IMG/VR virus record: IMGVR_UViG_3300032326_000835 | Location: 1-52,366 of that record | Length of the DNA stretch: 52,366 nucleotides | From: a virus | Lineage: Duplodnaviria > Caudoviricetes | Reading direction: 5' to 3' (one strand) | Shown here: piece by piece, positions 39,346 to 49,605 of the stretch | How the letters are laid out: each line of letters starts with the position of its first letter | Numbering within the stretch: position 1 is the stretch's first letter | Notes under the pieces: model-generated | The model's input: only the letters and a program-made list of their open reading frames with translations | What the model was told of the DNA's origin: nothing | Database searches by the model: none | Translations under genes and position numbers: made by a program

Positions 39346-39683
39346 TATTCTTGCTCCTCATCTAAGTCGCCTTCAAAGTCGATAACTACTTTAACAATTC
39401 GTCCGTCCTCGTTATACTTAACATAAACAGGATAATATCCGTCACCATATCCTGTGTTAAATACTACTGCACTACCAGTGCCTAAAACACCAGCACTAGC
39501 AGAAAGTGTCATAGCACTAGCGCCATGATAAGAGTAATCTCCAGCCTTACCCTCTAACTCCCACTCCTCGCCTTCATTTGTTTTCCATTGGTCAAGGTAG
39601 CAGGGGTCACCCACCATTGCTTGACCTGAGTCAACTGCAAAGGAACCTACTAATTCAAGTTCATCTATTACTATTTGTGTCAT
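39345..39683 (-). CDS. DUF4241-like protein
   Basis: FAVDSG..GDPCY..GYGDGYYPVY. Confidence 0.6.
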   Translation of the reverse strand: MTQIVIDELELVGSFAVDSGQAMVGDPCYLDQWKTNEGEEWELEGKAGDYSYHGASAMTLSASAGVLGTGSAVVFNTGYGDGYYPVYVKYNEDGRIVKVVIDFEGDLDEEQE

Positions 39684-40132
39684 TTCTTATCCAATCCTAC
39701 TAGGGTCATTTGTTCTTGTTCTAATTTTAGCATTTCTTCCTCAGTTATGCAAACTGGACACCGCTCATACTCATAGTATCTTTCATTAATTAGTTGGCCA
39801 TCATCTTCAATCTCTGCCCCGCAACCTTCGCAGTAATACCAATATGAAGATACTTTGATTTGAATAGTAGTATTATCAGGGAAAGGAACCTCAGTGATAA
39901 AGTATCCTATTCGATTAACGAATCCCCATCCACTCCAAATGTAGGACCCACCGTCGTCGCCATCCCCATACATCCAGATATTTTTTTCAGGGGATTGCTT
40001 AACAAACTCATACTCATCACCATAGGTTTCAAACATCAAACCATCGAATGAGGCATTGTTGTCTATATGGTTAGTGATTGGCTTATAGGTCTCAACAAAG
40101 TCGTCAAAGTCCATTTCAATAAATGTGTCCAT
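39680..40132 (-). CDS. hypothetical protein with C-terminal Zn ribbon
   Basis: VNRIGYFITE; CEGC..CPVC. Confidence 0.65.
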   Translation of the reverse strand: MDTFIEMDFDDFVETYKPITNHIDNNASFDGLMFETYGDEYEFVKQSPEKNIWMYGDGDDGGSYIWSGWGFVNRIGYFITEVPFPDNTTIQIKVSSYWYYCEGCGAEIEDDGQLINERYYEYERCPVCITEEEMLKLEQEQMTLVGLDKK

Positions 40133-40426
40133 GTGGGGTTCTTTCTGTTAGGGTATATTATAAGTATAGCGGTTTGATATTAATCTGTCAACTTCATTCG
40201 CACTAGGTCATAAGCGTCAATGGCACCAGCACAGTAATCATCTAGTTCATGATCATTTTCTAACTGATACTGCTCACGCTTTTCTGTGAGGTCAGCAATG
40301 CGTTCCTCTACAAATTTACGCAGGGTATCAATAACATCTAGTGAAGCACATTCTCCACAGTATGAGTTGTAGTCCTCTTCCTCTGTATAGGGGATAGAGC
40401 AACCACAACTGTTACACCATGATTCA

Positions 40427-40711
40427 TCACGCATTCCCATTTTTTCTCCTATCTGAAATAGCAAAGGCTAGTTGGTATGTTAATCCATATACCGCTGTAA
40501 GTGCGTCCATGTAACCTTCGTTATATAAACGCTGTACGGTATCTTCATAGTCCTCATCTGAACCTAGTTCATTAGAGTTCTCTAGGAGAGGAACCAATTC
40601 CTTCTCACATTCATACATCATATTCTTAAGTTCTCCATGAAGGATATCTGTTCCTGATTCGCCTAGGTCTACTAGGGTCTGTAGTCTTGGTTCTAGTTGT
40701 GTTGTTTCCAT
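40427..40711 (-). CDS. hypothetical protein, leaderless
   Basis: ATG is 6 nt after the -10 of a TGTCAG promoter. Confidence 0.65.
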   Translation of the reverse strand: METTQLEPRLQTLVDLGESGTDILHGELKNMMYECEKELVPLLENSNELGSDEDYEDTVQRLYNEGYMDALTAVYGLTYQLAFAISDRRKNGNA

Positions 40712-40717
40712 TACTCT

Positions 40718-40739
40718 ATCATACCCTCTGCCACTGACA
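40718..40739 (-). promoter_or_regulatory. PafBC-type promoter 1
   Basis: TGTCAG-TGGCAGAGGG-TATGAT. Confidence 0.7.
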
Positions 40740-41432
40740 AAAGGTGACGGGTAGCCAATACCTGTCCGTTTAAATGAATAACAGAATCACGGTCACCGTC
40801 GGGCAATCTATCATAGTCTTGTTCTAGACTAATCAAATGTATCTTTATATATTCAATGAACTCATTCATTACATATTCTCCCTTACAAGATTATTACTAA
40901 CTAACTCATCAATTACAACTGCGTTGCCATAGTGTTGGACGACCTGCTCAAACTTGTCCTCACCCCAACCACCCCACTCTTCTTCAATCTCATCAATCTC
41001 GTTTTGGTTTAGTTGTTCAGTGTCCAGAATAAAAAGCGGGGAGCGAGAGTCAAACTCCCACCAATCCCCATTGACATTGCTAATGTAAATAGTCATTAGT
41101 TATCCTCGCACTCATGGGCTTCAATAAACGACGGCATATCAATTAACTGTAAGTCACAATCTCCACAGTAAGGAACATAAACTACATTAGTTGTCATCTT
41201 CTTCCTCATCTTCATCTTCTGAGGTTTGTGTTACATCAATTGAATAGACTTCACCTGAGAAAGCATAATCTTCATAGTGCCAGCCAAGTTCTTCTGCGGC
41301 TTGTTCGTCTTCTGCTTCAACTTCGTAGTTATACTCTACGATTACTTTAATGTCATATGTTGGCATTAGGGTCTCCTTTTTCTTTATATATTAATTATAG
41401 GGGTTGGTGTTGATTTTTACAACTTGTGAGGG

Positions 41433-41448
41433 TGTGATATCAGTCACA
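41433..41448. promoter_or_regulatory. CRP-family box
   Basis: TGTGA-TATCAG-TCACA upstream of a TTGTAA-N17-TATAAT promoter (- strand). Confidence 0.6.
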
Positions 41449-42171
41449 TCATCTGGGCTGGTCTTGACTGTTGCATCTTCCCAGCCTAAAAGGATCAATT
41501 CATCTGGGTAGTCACAGACACAGGTAGGAGCCTTTTTAAAGTCTTGGGTAGTTACCTCAAAGAGGGTATCACAATGGGTACAGATAAGATTATACTTAAG
41601 CCAAGTAGTCATTAGTCAAAATACCCTTCTGCCCATAGTCCTTGTAGAAAATCTTCTGCTAGTTTTAGTCCTTCTTTATCTTCAGGTGTAGTTACATATT
41701 TGTATGCATTTTGCACAGCAACAACCATGAGTTCTTGGTCATATACTTCATAACCTAGCATTACTCACCTTCCTCAAACTCATGTCCAATAATATCAATG
41801 TGGTCAGGTTCTGTTCCCTGAATTTCTTCAAGCATTAGGGTTTGGGCTTCAACCAGGGTATCAGCCTCAATCTCCCTGTTCCAATAGTTATTTACTCTCT
41901 CATGATAATCAATACTGAATTTCATTACTCTCCCTGATTAACTAGATAGGCACGGACTTCTTCAAGGGTATTAATTGATTCCTCACACATTACGATTAAG
42001 TCTTCTCTAGTCATTATTCTCCCCAATACTTGACAATAGTTTCCATGGTAATATGTAGGTGGCAGTCACAGGGTTCTCCACCCATGTTCTCCTCAAATTC
42101 AAAGTGCGATAGGTTGTCCTCATAAATTTCCATTACGAGTTCTGATATGGTGTATGGCTTGTATTGTGTGG

Positions 42172-42597
42172 TCATGCTTCTATCATAACACTAGGGTCTG
42201 ACATTTTGGATTGCCATAGGTCACAGTTTCTATCTAATCTATCACCAAAGACACGGATGTAGTCTGCGATATCTTCTGTTTGATCTGTTAGACATTCTTT
42301 GACTGTATCTACTGATATAAAGACTCTTCCATTCCATAGACCCATTTGGCCAATGTTTGTTGGTACCTCTAGGCAACCATATGTATCTTGTTCCCAGCCA
42401 ACACCTTCTGAGCAAACCAAGGCATACTTGTTGTCGCCAAATACATTTTTTTCATCCAGGGTAACGAATAGTAAATTGTCTACAGTACATTCACTAAAGT
42501 CGCTACTATACTGTAGATTGTAAATTCCATTAGCGATTACTGCTAACTTCTTGCCGTCAATGATTTGTCCTATATAGCCTTTTGATCGATTTCTCAT
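42172..42597 (-). CDS. hypothetical protein
   Basis: AAGGAA RBS; TTGATA-N17-TATACT promoter. Confidence 0.65.
   Translation of the reverse strand: MRNRSKGYIGQIIDGKKLAVIANGIYNLQYSSDFSECTVDNLLFVTLDEKNVFGDNKYALVCSEGVGWEQDTYGCLEVPTNIGQMGLWNGRVFISVDTVKECLTDQTEDIADYIRVFGDRLDRNCDLWQSKMSDPSVMIEA
42182..42203 (-). promoter_or_regulatory. PafBC-type promoter 2
   Basis: TGTCAG-ACCCTAGTGT-TATGAT, ATG 6 nt later. Confidence 0.7.
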
Positions 42598-42799
42598 GGG
42601 GTTCCTTTGTTAGTGGGTATATATCAAGTATAGCCGAAACCTGGGAAAATATCAAGTCTGTCGTAAAGAATTTTTGGTTTGACATTTTGGGGAAAAGGTT
42701 TGATGATCGTAAAGTTTATTTTGTTTGACATTTTTATGTCCGATATGTCTGGTTTGGTCCACGTGCGATTTTTTATGCATTGTGCTGCATATTTATTTG

Positions 42800-42873
42800 C
42801 GAAGCGTACGGGACTTGAACCCGTGATCTCTACCGTGACAGGGTAGCGCATTAACCAACTATGCTAACGCTCC
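42800..42873 (-). tRNA. tRNA-Asp(GTC)
   Basis: GGAGCGT/ACGCTTC acceptor; CTACC-CTGTCAC-GGTAG; TTCAAGT. Confidence 0.92.
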
Positions 42874-42878
42874 ATGCG

Positions 42879-42904
42879 AGGCAGTTTTAATTCATGCCTA
42901 GGAA
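42879..42904 (-). ncRNA. repeated pseudoknot element copy 3
   Basis: TTC-CTAGGCAT-GAA-TTAAAAC-TGCCT. Confidence 0.6.
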
Positions 42905-42910
42905 ATTGTA

Positions 42911-43933
42911 TCATGCGAGAGACATTACATTCTGCACAACTTTTAGCAGACGATTTTTCTCTGCGTTAATTGCAGGGTCAAAGCCTGATGCTGATGCAAG
43001 GATTGATTCGTTAGAACCACCACGAGCAGAGCGATACCAATCAAGGCGCTCAGTAAGTGCATTGAACGCACCCCAAGCATTACCAGCAATCATGCCATTG
43101 AATTCGCCAGTGTAAATATCGTTGATTACATCAACTTTATTTTCCCACTTCTTGCTTGAACCCTTAGCATCTTTTTCTGGCTTAGGATATGCAGCAAGAA
43201 TGATGTCGTTGAATTGCTTAGCATTGACTTCCTTCTCGAACATAGCCTTAGCCATGATGTCGAATTCGTCCATGTATGCATTAGCAAGACCAAGAGTCTC
43301 ACGAGCAATCTGCACCTTACCATTGGCGGTTTGAGTGTGGCGAATCTTGAAAGATTGCTTGATGCCCTTATTTTTCTTACGACCTACGCCACCAAGAGCA
43401 AGGTTAAGAGTATTAGCGCACACAACACGAACAGGTGTTATGCTTGCTTGAATGGCAATAGAACCATCGTGTGATGTGTTGATAAGTAGATAAGTTTTAA
43501 CCTTATCACTTACGCCGTTAGGGTCTAGGATTGTTTCACGCTCTAGTGCAAGAGCACCGAATACAACACGACCACCCTTGATTGAGCCAGCGGTCTCCCA
43601 ACGACCACCACCGTCTAGGATATTATCACCGAATGAGAATAAATCTTCATTCTGCAATGGGTGATAACGCTCACCAACGATGCCAAGAACATCTGTCTGT
43701 GTGTTATCGGTAGGATTTGTTCGCAAGACATATTGGTATGCCTTGTCGCTTGTTAGATGTGTAGGGGTTTCCAAATCTTCCAGACGAACATTCCAACCAT
43801 TAAGATTTGCTGCGGACAACATTTCTGCGGTTGTTTTTTCTTCTGTGAATACGGTTCCCAATCCATGCCAAGCAGGTTCACGGAAAGATGCGAATGATGT
43901 TTTTCCGTTTTGTGTTTCTAGGTCATGTGCCAT
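42911..43933 (-). CDS. DUF932 / TIGR03299 family protein
   Basis: Start MAHDLE; PAWHGLG, ETAGSIKGG, NTSHDGS, TPVRVVCANT. Confidence 0.88.
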   Translation of the reverse strand: MAHDLETQNGKTSFASFREPAWHGLGTVFTEEKTTAEMLSAANLNGWNVRLEDLETPTHLTSDKAYQYVLRTNPTDNTQTDVLGIVGERYHPLQNEDLFSFGDNILDGGGRWETAGSIKGGRVVFGALALERETILDPNGVSDKVKTYLLINTSHDGSIAIQASITPVRVVCANTLNLALGGVGRKKNKGIKQSFKIRHTQTANGKVQIARETLGLANAYMDEFDIMAKAMFEKEVNAKQFNDIILAAYPKPEKDAKGSSKKWENKVDVINDIYTGEFNGMIAGNAWGAFNALTERLDWYRSARGGSNESILASASGFDPAINAEKNRLLKVVQNVMSLA

Positions 43934-43964
43934 GAGTTTTCTCTTTTCTGTTGTTGTTAATTTA

Positions 43965-44110
43965 AGTATACACCGACCCACTGACAAATGCAAATCGGGA
44001 TAGTTAAACAGGGGATAAATCGGACATTCCTTAATGTGATTAAATTCACATGATCGTAAAGGCGTGTCGTAACTTATCCACAAGTTATCCACAGGCCCAC
44101 GTGCAATTTT
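43965..44110 (-). promoter_or_regulatory. regulatory module: PafBC-type promoter 3, CRP box, GACAC motif, 2 DnaA boxes, CACGTG
   Basis: Promoter 43965-43986; TGTGA-N6-TCACA 44035; GGCGTGTCG 44061; TTATCCACA 44074, 44085; CACGTG 44098. Confidence 0.75.
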
Positions 44111-44127
44111 TGCAGGAAAATAAAAAG

Positions 44128-44157
44128 TGAGCAGTTTACATGGCCATGCTCAGGGCC
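44128..44157 (-). ncRNA. repeated pseudoknot element copy 4
   Basis: GGCC-CTGAGCAT-GGCC-ATGTAAAC-TGCTCA. Confidence 0.65.
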
Positions 44158-44203
44158 CTCACCTAGTTTAGAGACATTCGGCATGTCTATTAGTAGCCCC
44201 CTA

Positions 44204-44635
44204 CTAAAAATCAATCCTGTCTACACTTGAAGAAAGCCAAGTAATATTATCAGAATTATATGATACAGATTCAAAATCAATATCATTTACAATTGATTCA
44301 ACATCCTCATCGTGAGGTACCTGCAGTGTTAAGTTATAAGTTACGGTAACCTCAACTTCAACTTCCTTGATTAATTCAAAGCCACAGATTTCTGCAATCT
44401 CATTTGCTTGGTCCTCTGTGATTCCACCGTCAGAAAGTTCTTTCATTGTCCACTCGTGCATTGCGTCACGCATTGACTGTGTTGCATTCTGTGCTTTGTA
44501 GACATTCTGTGACATCTCTGAAGAGCGCTCCTGCAATGACAGGATTAATGCATCTTTTCTTTGAAGTGATTCCCTAAATGATTCAATCTGATTATTAAGG
44601 AATTCTGTTGTTGCATTTGTTACGGTTTGGTCCAT
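44204..44635 (-). CDS. coiled-coil hypothetical protein
   Basis: 143 aa; AAAGAGG RBS. Confidence 0.65.
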   Translation of the reverse strand: MDQTVTNATTEFLNNQIESFRESLQRKDALILSLQERSSEMSQNVYKAQNATQSMRDAMHEWTMKELSDGGITEDQANEIAEICGFELIKEVEVEVTVTYNLTLQVPHDEDVESIVNDIDFESVSYNSDNITWLSSSVDRIDF

Positions 44636-44665
44636 GGGGGCCTCTTTCTATTGTTGGTTTACTTA

Positions 44666-44687
44666 AGTATACTACTGGCCACTGACA
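44666..44687 (-). promoter_or_regulatory. PafBC-type promoter 4
   Basis: TGTCAG-TGGCCAGTAG-TATACT. Confidence 0.7.
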
Positions 44688-44708
44688 ATTGTCAAGGACC
44701 CTTGCGGG

Positions 44709-44735
44709 GAGCCTTTTCCCTACATGCTCAGGTAG
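44709..44735 (-). ncRNA. repeated pseudoknot element copy 5
   Basis: CTAC-CTGAGCAT-GTAG-GGAAAAG-GCTC. Confidence 0.6.
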
Positions 44736-44843
44736 TATGGGTTCTTTCAGTCCCCCAATGAACTGTGCTCTATAGTATTTCTGTGATCGCCCTAATCAGC
44801 CTGGCGAATTGGAGTGGGGCTTTTACACCCCACCCAACCTCAT

Positions 44844-45269
44844 TTAGAGATAACGAGCCACCGCATTGTATGTGGAAGTATTTACAACTTCCTCATCTGT
44901 CATTTTGAGGATACGAATTGCGTTCGTGATTTCCTCTTTCATTTCCTTATAGGTATGAGTATGAATAACCTCAAAGTCCTTTTCAGGTTCAGCAGGGAAC
45001 TCATTTTCATTGGCTACTACAATATCAAAATCAACATTGAGATTGTTATTCCAAGAACGATAGTTAGTGCGAAGGTTGATTGCCTTTGAGAAATTAGCAA
45101 TAGCCCACTTACCAATTTCTGTTTTCCATGCTTCATATGCGATTAGGTGCTTTCGTTCGTTTTCACCTTGTGTTGCGTAGTCCATCTCTAGTTTTGCTAG
45201 TGATGCTTCTAGTCCTGCGATTACTCGTTGAGTAGGGATTTTTACTGAGATTGCTTTGCCTCTTGCCAT
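44844..45269 (-). CDS. hypothetical protein
   Basis: 141 aa; followed by GTGGGG/CCCCAC hairpin. Confidence 0.7.
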   Translation of the reverse strand: MARGKAISVKIPTQRVIAGLEASLAKLEMDYATQGENERKHLIAYEAWKTEIGKWAIANFSKAINLRTNYRSWNNNLNVDFDIVVANENEFPAEPEKDFEVIHTHTYKEMKEEITNAIRILKMTDEEVVNTSTYNAVARYL

Positions 45270-45311
45270 TTGTTTTCTCTTTTCTGTTGTGGGGTGTTAG
45301 TTGGGGGTTTG

Positions 45312-45341
45312 TGAGCCTTTTGACAACTTGCTCAGGTTGTC
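45312..45341 (-). ncRNA. repeated pseudoknot element copy 6
   Basis: GACAAC-CTGAGCAA-GTTGTC-AAAAG-GCTCA. Confidence 0.65.
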
Positions 45342-45405
45342 CCACTCTATTTATTTAGACACGCATTTCTGTGGGGCGTGTTTGGTTTTGGCGTTATTGC
45401 CAAAC

Positions 45406-45570
45406 TTACTTGGCTGTCCAAGTTGTGTAACGGGTTGCACCTGCTACATCTAACTTAACACGAACATTACCATTTGCCTGTGGTGTGATTTCTGTGATGA
45501 TACCACTTACCTTTGACTTTTGTGTTGTGTAGGTATCGCCTACCTTGTATGTTGCTGTTGCTACTGCCAT
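45406..45570 (-). CDS. small SH3-like beta protein (not in ORF track)
   Basis: MAVATATYKVGDTYTTQKSKVSGII..; own TTGACA-N18-TATACT promoter. Confidence 0.65.
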   Translation of the reverse strand: MAVATATYKVGDTYTTQKSKVSGIITEITPQANGNVRVKLDVAGATRYTTWTAK

Positions 45571-45675
45571 TTTTTTCTCTTTTCTGTTTAGGGGTTGTTA
45601 TTTGGTTATACCTAAGTATAACATTTTGTAAATAAAAATGTCAAATCGAAACCTGACATTTCTCACATATTGAGA

Positions 45676-45846
45676 TTACTTAGATGTCTTGACCATAGCC
45701 AAGCGACGAGAGCCGTTTGCTAGGACAAGTGAAACTCTAGTAACCTTATTAGACATTGGTGTAAAACCTGCGATACGACCTGTAACGCCTGTCTTGCTTG
45801 TTGTAAATAAATCACCAATTTGGTAAGTGTATCCATGAAGTGTCAT
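45676..45846 (-). CDS. small SH3-like beta protein, paralog of the previous gene
   Basis: TYQIGDLFTTSKTGVTGRI; AAAGG RBS. Confidence 0.65.
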   Translation of the reverse strand: MTLHGYTYQIGDLFTTSKTGVTGRIAGFTPMSNKVTRVSLVLANGSRRLAMVKTSK

Positions 45847-46083
45847 TTGGGTCTTGCCTTTCTTTGTGGGGGTTAATTGCTTATAGTATAATTTTAGCAG
45901 AAAAATGTCATAAATGCTAATTCTAGGGGGGTTTTGGGGTGTGTTCTTAAACACATCTTAAAGGCGTGTCGCAACTTGACAAATTAAGTTTTGCCGACGT
46001 GGATCCCTGCAATTTTTATTGGTGGAAAAATAAAAGTACTATGCACCAAATTAAAAATATTATTTGCAGGGAATTCATTTATC

Positions 46084-46818
46084 TCATTTCTTAGTTGCAG
46101 AAAAAATTATGTCACTCTTAGAGTATACACACAATGAGCAAGAAACGCAAGCGCTACCTTTTTCTGATATTAGTTTAATTTGTTTATTATTTTCAGGACA
46201 TTTAGCAGCAGGCTTACCAATCATTTCTTTTACATCGGCCTGGCCAATTGCAAAATTCTTAGCAAGATATGCCATGCGAACCCCGCTATTAATTTTTAAA
46301 TCAACGGCAGTTTTAACATTCTCACTATCTGCAGAAAAATACAATGATAAATTAGATACATCCTTAAGGATAAGCGCTGCAGACTTAACTCGTGTGTATA
46401 CCCAAAATTGAATGTCAGGATTATTTTCAATTACAACTTTCCAGGCATTAGTATATGTATCATTAAAAAAGTCTCCGTCCCAGTGGATACGGAACAACTT
46501 AGGGGCATTTTTCTTTTCACAATCTGCAATAAACTCATCAATCATTTCAGAAAGTAGCATGAGCATAGTTAGACCGTCTGCGTCTTTTAGCAGGGACCAA
46601 TTGTGTAGTAGGTTAACCTTTACGGTAGGGAAGACCTTTTCCAATTTGCCTGCATAGCAAACACTCTCGCAGACACTCGTAGCGCCAGGACATGAATAAG
46701 CCTTTCCTGCAGGTAGGCCAAAGGTATTTGCGATACTTGCTTGTTTTCCATTAGGGGTGACGGCATTAGCAACCTTTCTATCTTTTGATCTTTTTAGTTT
46801 AAGTGTATTAGTAGTCAA
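46084..46818 (-). CDS. Gp88-like Fe-S (radical-SAM-like) phage protein
   Basis: CPGATSVCESVCYA, FRIHWDGDF, CVSCSLC. Confidence 0.75.
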   Translation of the reverse strand: MTTNTLKLKRSKDRKVANAVTPNGKQASIANTFGLPAGKAYSCPGATSVCESVCYAGKLEKVFPTVKVNLLHNWSLLKDADGLTMLMLLSEMIDEFIADCEKKNAPKLFRIHWDGDFFNDTYTNAWKVVIENNPDIQFWVYTRVKSAALILKDVSNLSLYFSADSENVKTAVDLKINSGVRMAYLAKNFAIGQADVKEMIGKPAAKCPENNKQIKLISEKGSACVSCSLCVYSKSDIIFSATKK

Positions 46819-47015
46819 GGCCTAGGCTCATTTCTAATGCAATGTCTTCATTATACATTGCGGACATTTCTTCTAGTAAGCAATGGGTGCATTTTTCTTC
46901 ATATGCGTCAACCGCATTTTCTTTACATTCAGGGCAGGTAGTTGCATAGTATTCGTCATAGAACTCATCTGATATATTTCCCATGGGGGCTATTCTCCTT
47001 TTTGTTGATATTTTA

Positions 47016-47037
47016 ATTGTAGCATTTCGGACTGACA
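47016..47037 (-). promoter_or_regulatory. PafBC-type promoter 5
   Basis: TGTCAG-TCCGAAATGC-TACAAT. Confidence 0.7.
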
Positions 47038-47148
47038 TTTTCTACCCTTGCGAGAGTAGGCCTTTTTAGAGGGAACGGCAGAGGCAGCATTGCTACGGCG
47101 TAATTCCATAAGCCTGCGTAATTCCTCTGGTGTTTTTTTCATATAATA

Positions 47149-47220
47149 ATCTTAGCATACAGGGGAAAAAATATCAACTTCTTAAATGTGATAAATCTCA
47201 CAAGGGCGGGACGTGCATTT
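47149..47220 (-). promoter_or_regulatory. regulatory module: sigmaA promoter, CRP box, GACGTGC
   Basis: TTGATA-N17-TAAGAT; TGTGA-TAAATC-TCACA 47187-47202. Confidence 0.65.
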
Positions 47221-47496
47221 CTGTGCGGGGAAGCACACAAAAATACTTTTAACTATTCTTCTTCTTCAATAAAAACATATAACTTAAATACATGTTCATA
47301 GTTGCAAATAAAAACATCTTCCTCACCATAGTCATTACGATAAGTAATTGTGTAATTATCTCCAGTAGCATCATCTTCAATTGATATTACATCAACAATA
47401 ACACCTTCAATCTCTACAAGATCATTTTCCATTAACTGGCTAGGTGTTAGTAGGTCTGCATATACAAGTTCCATGCTGTTTATTGTATCAGACATT

Positions 47497-47781
47497 CTAA
47501 TCCTCCCAATCGGGTAGCCAAAACGATAGGTGGTGTTGGTCTACAATCGCTCTTGCAGGTGCTTGAGTTTCTCCACGATAGAGAATCTGAAAGTCACCAA
47601 CCTTTGGCATATCAATCATGCGCTCATAGTCCTCATCATAGTAAGCGTCAATAGCCTCGATACAAGGTTGCACCATTTCTGCGGGGACTGGAGGGTAGTG
47701 ATTACCCTTTAGGTGATAAAGAATCTGAGTTTCTAAATCCAAGACTGTATCCTGAATTCCTAACGCTGTAACTGCTCCCAT
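47497..47781 (-). CDS. hypothetical phage protein
   Basis: HLKGNHYPPVP motif; in compact operon 47253-48517. Confidence 0.65.
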   Translation of the reverse strand: MGAVTALGIQDTVLDLETQILYHLKGNHYPPVPAEMVQPCIEAIDAYYDEDYERMIDMPKVGDFQILYRGETQAPARAIVDQHHLSFWLPDWED

Positions 47782-48549
47782 ATTATTTCACACTCACATT
47801 TCCATTACGATAGAAGGTCTTGGTATACATTTTACCCGTAGGGTCTGACAAGTTATATGTTGCATATTCCTTAGCATCGCCATAGTCCACACACTTATTC
47901 CATGCAGTTACTATTTCTAGCATATCTGCGGTGCGTGTTGTTGATACAAGTTCGCCGTCATAGGCGATAGTAAGTGAGTAGTTATATTCCATTAGTCGTT
48001 CTCCTTAGTAGTAAATAGTGCGCCTTCATTAAGCAAGCCTAACTCTAAATTAAATAGTTCATCGCTATTAGCCTTAGACAAGTCTATCCAACCTGCGCCA
48101 TCGTTGTCAATTCTAAATATCTCTACATATCCCATTAGTGTTGTTCCTCGCAATTCTCTGAATAGTTAAACTCACAATAGTAGCAACCCATAGTTTCTCC
48201 ATGAGCCTTGCATACATATTTAAATTGTAATTCATCGCAACACAATAGTTGCTCATCTTTAATTAAATAGAATTCGTTTTGGTCAATATAGGTATCTATC
48301 ATTATGCACCAACCTTTACTGCAACTGTGCGATAAGTTTTGCGACCCCAATTATTGTAACCGCTATTGGGTGCAACCTCTACAAGATAGGTTTCGCAACC
48401 CTCATACCAAACTGCGTGAGGGTGAGGCTCTGCACTTACAATTTCACCTTGCAAGGTGCGTGATGAGTAATTTGTTCCCACTAGAAGGGACTGGACTGTA
48501 TATACATTTGCTGACATAGTGTCACCGCTTTCTTTTTCTTGATAATTCT

Positions 48550-48571
48550 ATCTTAGCATAGGGGACTGACA
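48550..48571 (-). promoter_or_regulatory. PafBC-type promoter 6
   Basis: TGTCAG-TCCCCTATGC-TAAGAT. Confidence 0.7.
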
Positions 48572-48632
48572 TTTTCGGTTAGCCCCGCCGTAGCGGATAG
48601 ACTTTCTTTTATTTATTTTTTCTTACTATGTA

Positions 48633-48790
48633 AGTCTAGCCTATCAGACATAAATTATCAACTTACTAGCCAGTAAATCCAAATAGTGAGACGCTCAAGT
48701 CGTGTGATTAATCTCACAAAACTTCGGGCGTGTCGTACACAGCCTCTTAAACACTTGTGGATAAACCTGTGGATAAGTCCCACGTCCAAT
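48633..48790 (-). promoter_or_regulatory. regulatory module: sigmaA promoter, CRP box, GACAC motif, 2 DnaA boxes, CACGT
   Basis: CRP 48703-48718; GGCGTGTCG 48727; TGTGGATAA 48756, 48768; CACGT 48781. Confidence 0.75.
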
Positions 48791-48801
48791 TTTTGAAGTG
48801 T

Positions 48802-48828
48802 TGAGCAGTTTTAGATCTTGCTCAGGAT
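48802..48828 (-). ncRNA. repeated pseudoknot element copy 7
   Basis: ATC-CTGAGCAA-GAT-CTAAAAC-TGCTCA. Confidence 0.65.
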
Positions 48829-49605
48829 TTTTTTTATTCAGTAATTATCTTTGTTACACGCTTCAAAAAATTTAGTTGCATCAAATCTTTTGTTGTCTGC
48901 TTGAAACATACTAGCAAACTCATCAACTAAATCGTGAAAAGTAAATTCATCACCGATTAAATCTTTAAATGATGAAAGAATTTCAGCAGTTGCCACATAG
49001 TCTTTGCGTGTCATCATTATTCGGCCACCTTTAAAAGTGCCCAAGAGCCACCTTCGTTAATTTCATCTAGTGCTGGCTGAATTCTTGGTGCAACCATTTC
49101 TTTTAGCATACCTTCAAGAAAAACAATTTGCATTTCACTAGGAAGTTGAAGCAGGCGCAGAGCAGTTGGGTGAGTTTCATCAACCTCGGTTACGAATTTT
49201 AGAGAGTGTTCAATTTTTACCATTTTTATTTATTTCCTATTCTTTTAGTTGTTGAATTGTTGTAGGTCTTGGTCAATACCAAAATCGCAGTTGCAAGTTT
49301 CTACATCGTAGTCATTTCCGTTACCGAAAAAAATTAGTCCTGTTGAATTGCATTCATCGCAGGGGATAGATAAGACGGAGTTTATCATTAGAGAACCGCC
49401 TTACCTCTAAGAGTGCCACTAACGCCAAGAGCGTCACAAGCAACTTTAACGGATACACCAACTGGGAGTTGTGTTGGGTAAGTTGAGAGGAATTGAGCAA
49501 CCGCACCACGAGAAGCAAGGTTGATTTTTTTTGTAGAACCATTAAAGGTTTCTAGTGTTATAGTGTAAGTCATTGGGTGACTTCCTTTCGTTTGTTTATA
49601 TTACT

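Noticed and set aside
43934-44092. N-terminal extension of the DUF932 ORF
   Set aside because: It spans the promoter module; the family-like start MAHDLE at 43933 has its own RBS
44775-44805. CTGATTAG...GAAA (- strand) as a hammerhead ribozyme
   Set aside because: Core deviates from CUGANGA and stems II/III do not form convincingly
45653-45658. A tenth TGTCAG promoter
   Set aside because: No TANNNT at 10-nt spacing; the local promoter is a standard TTGACA/TATACT type
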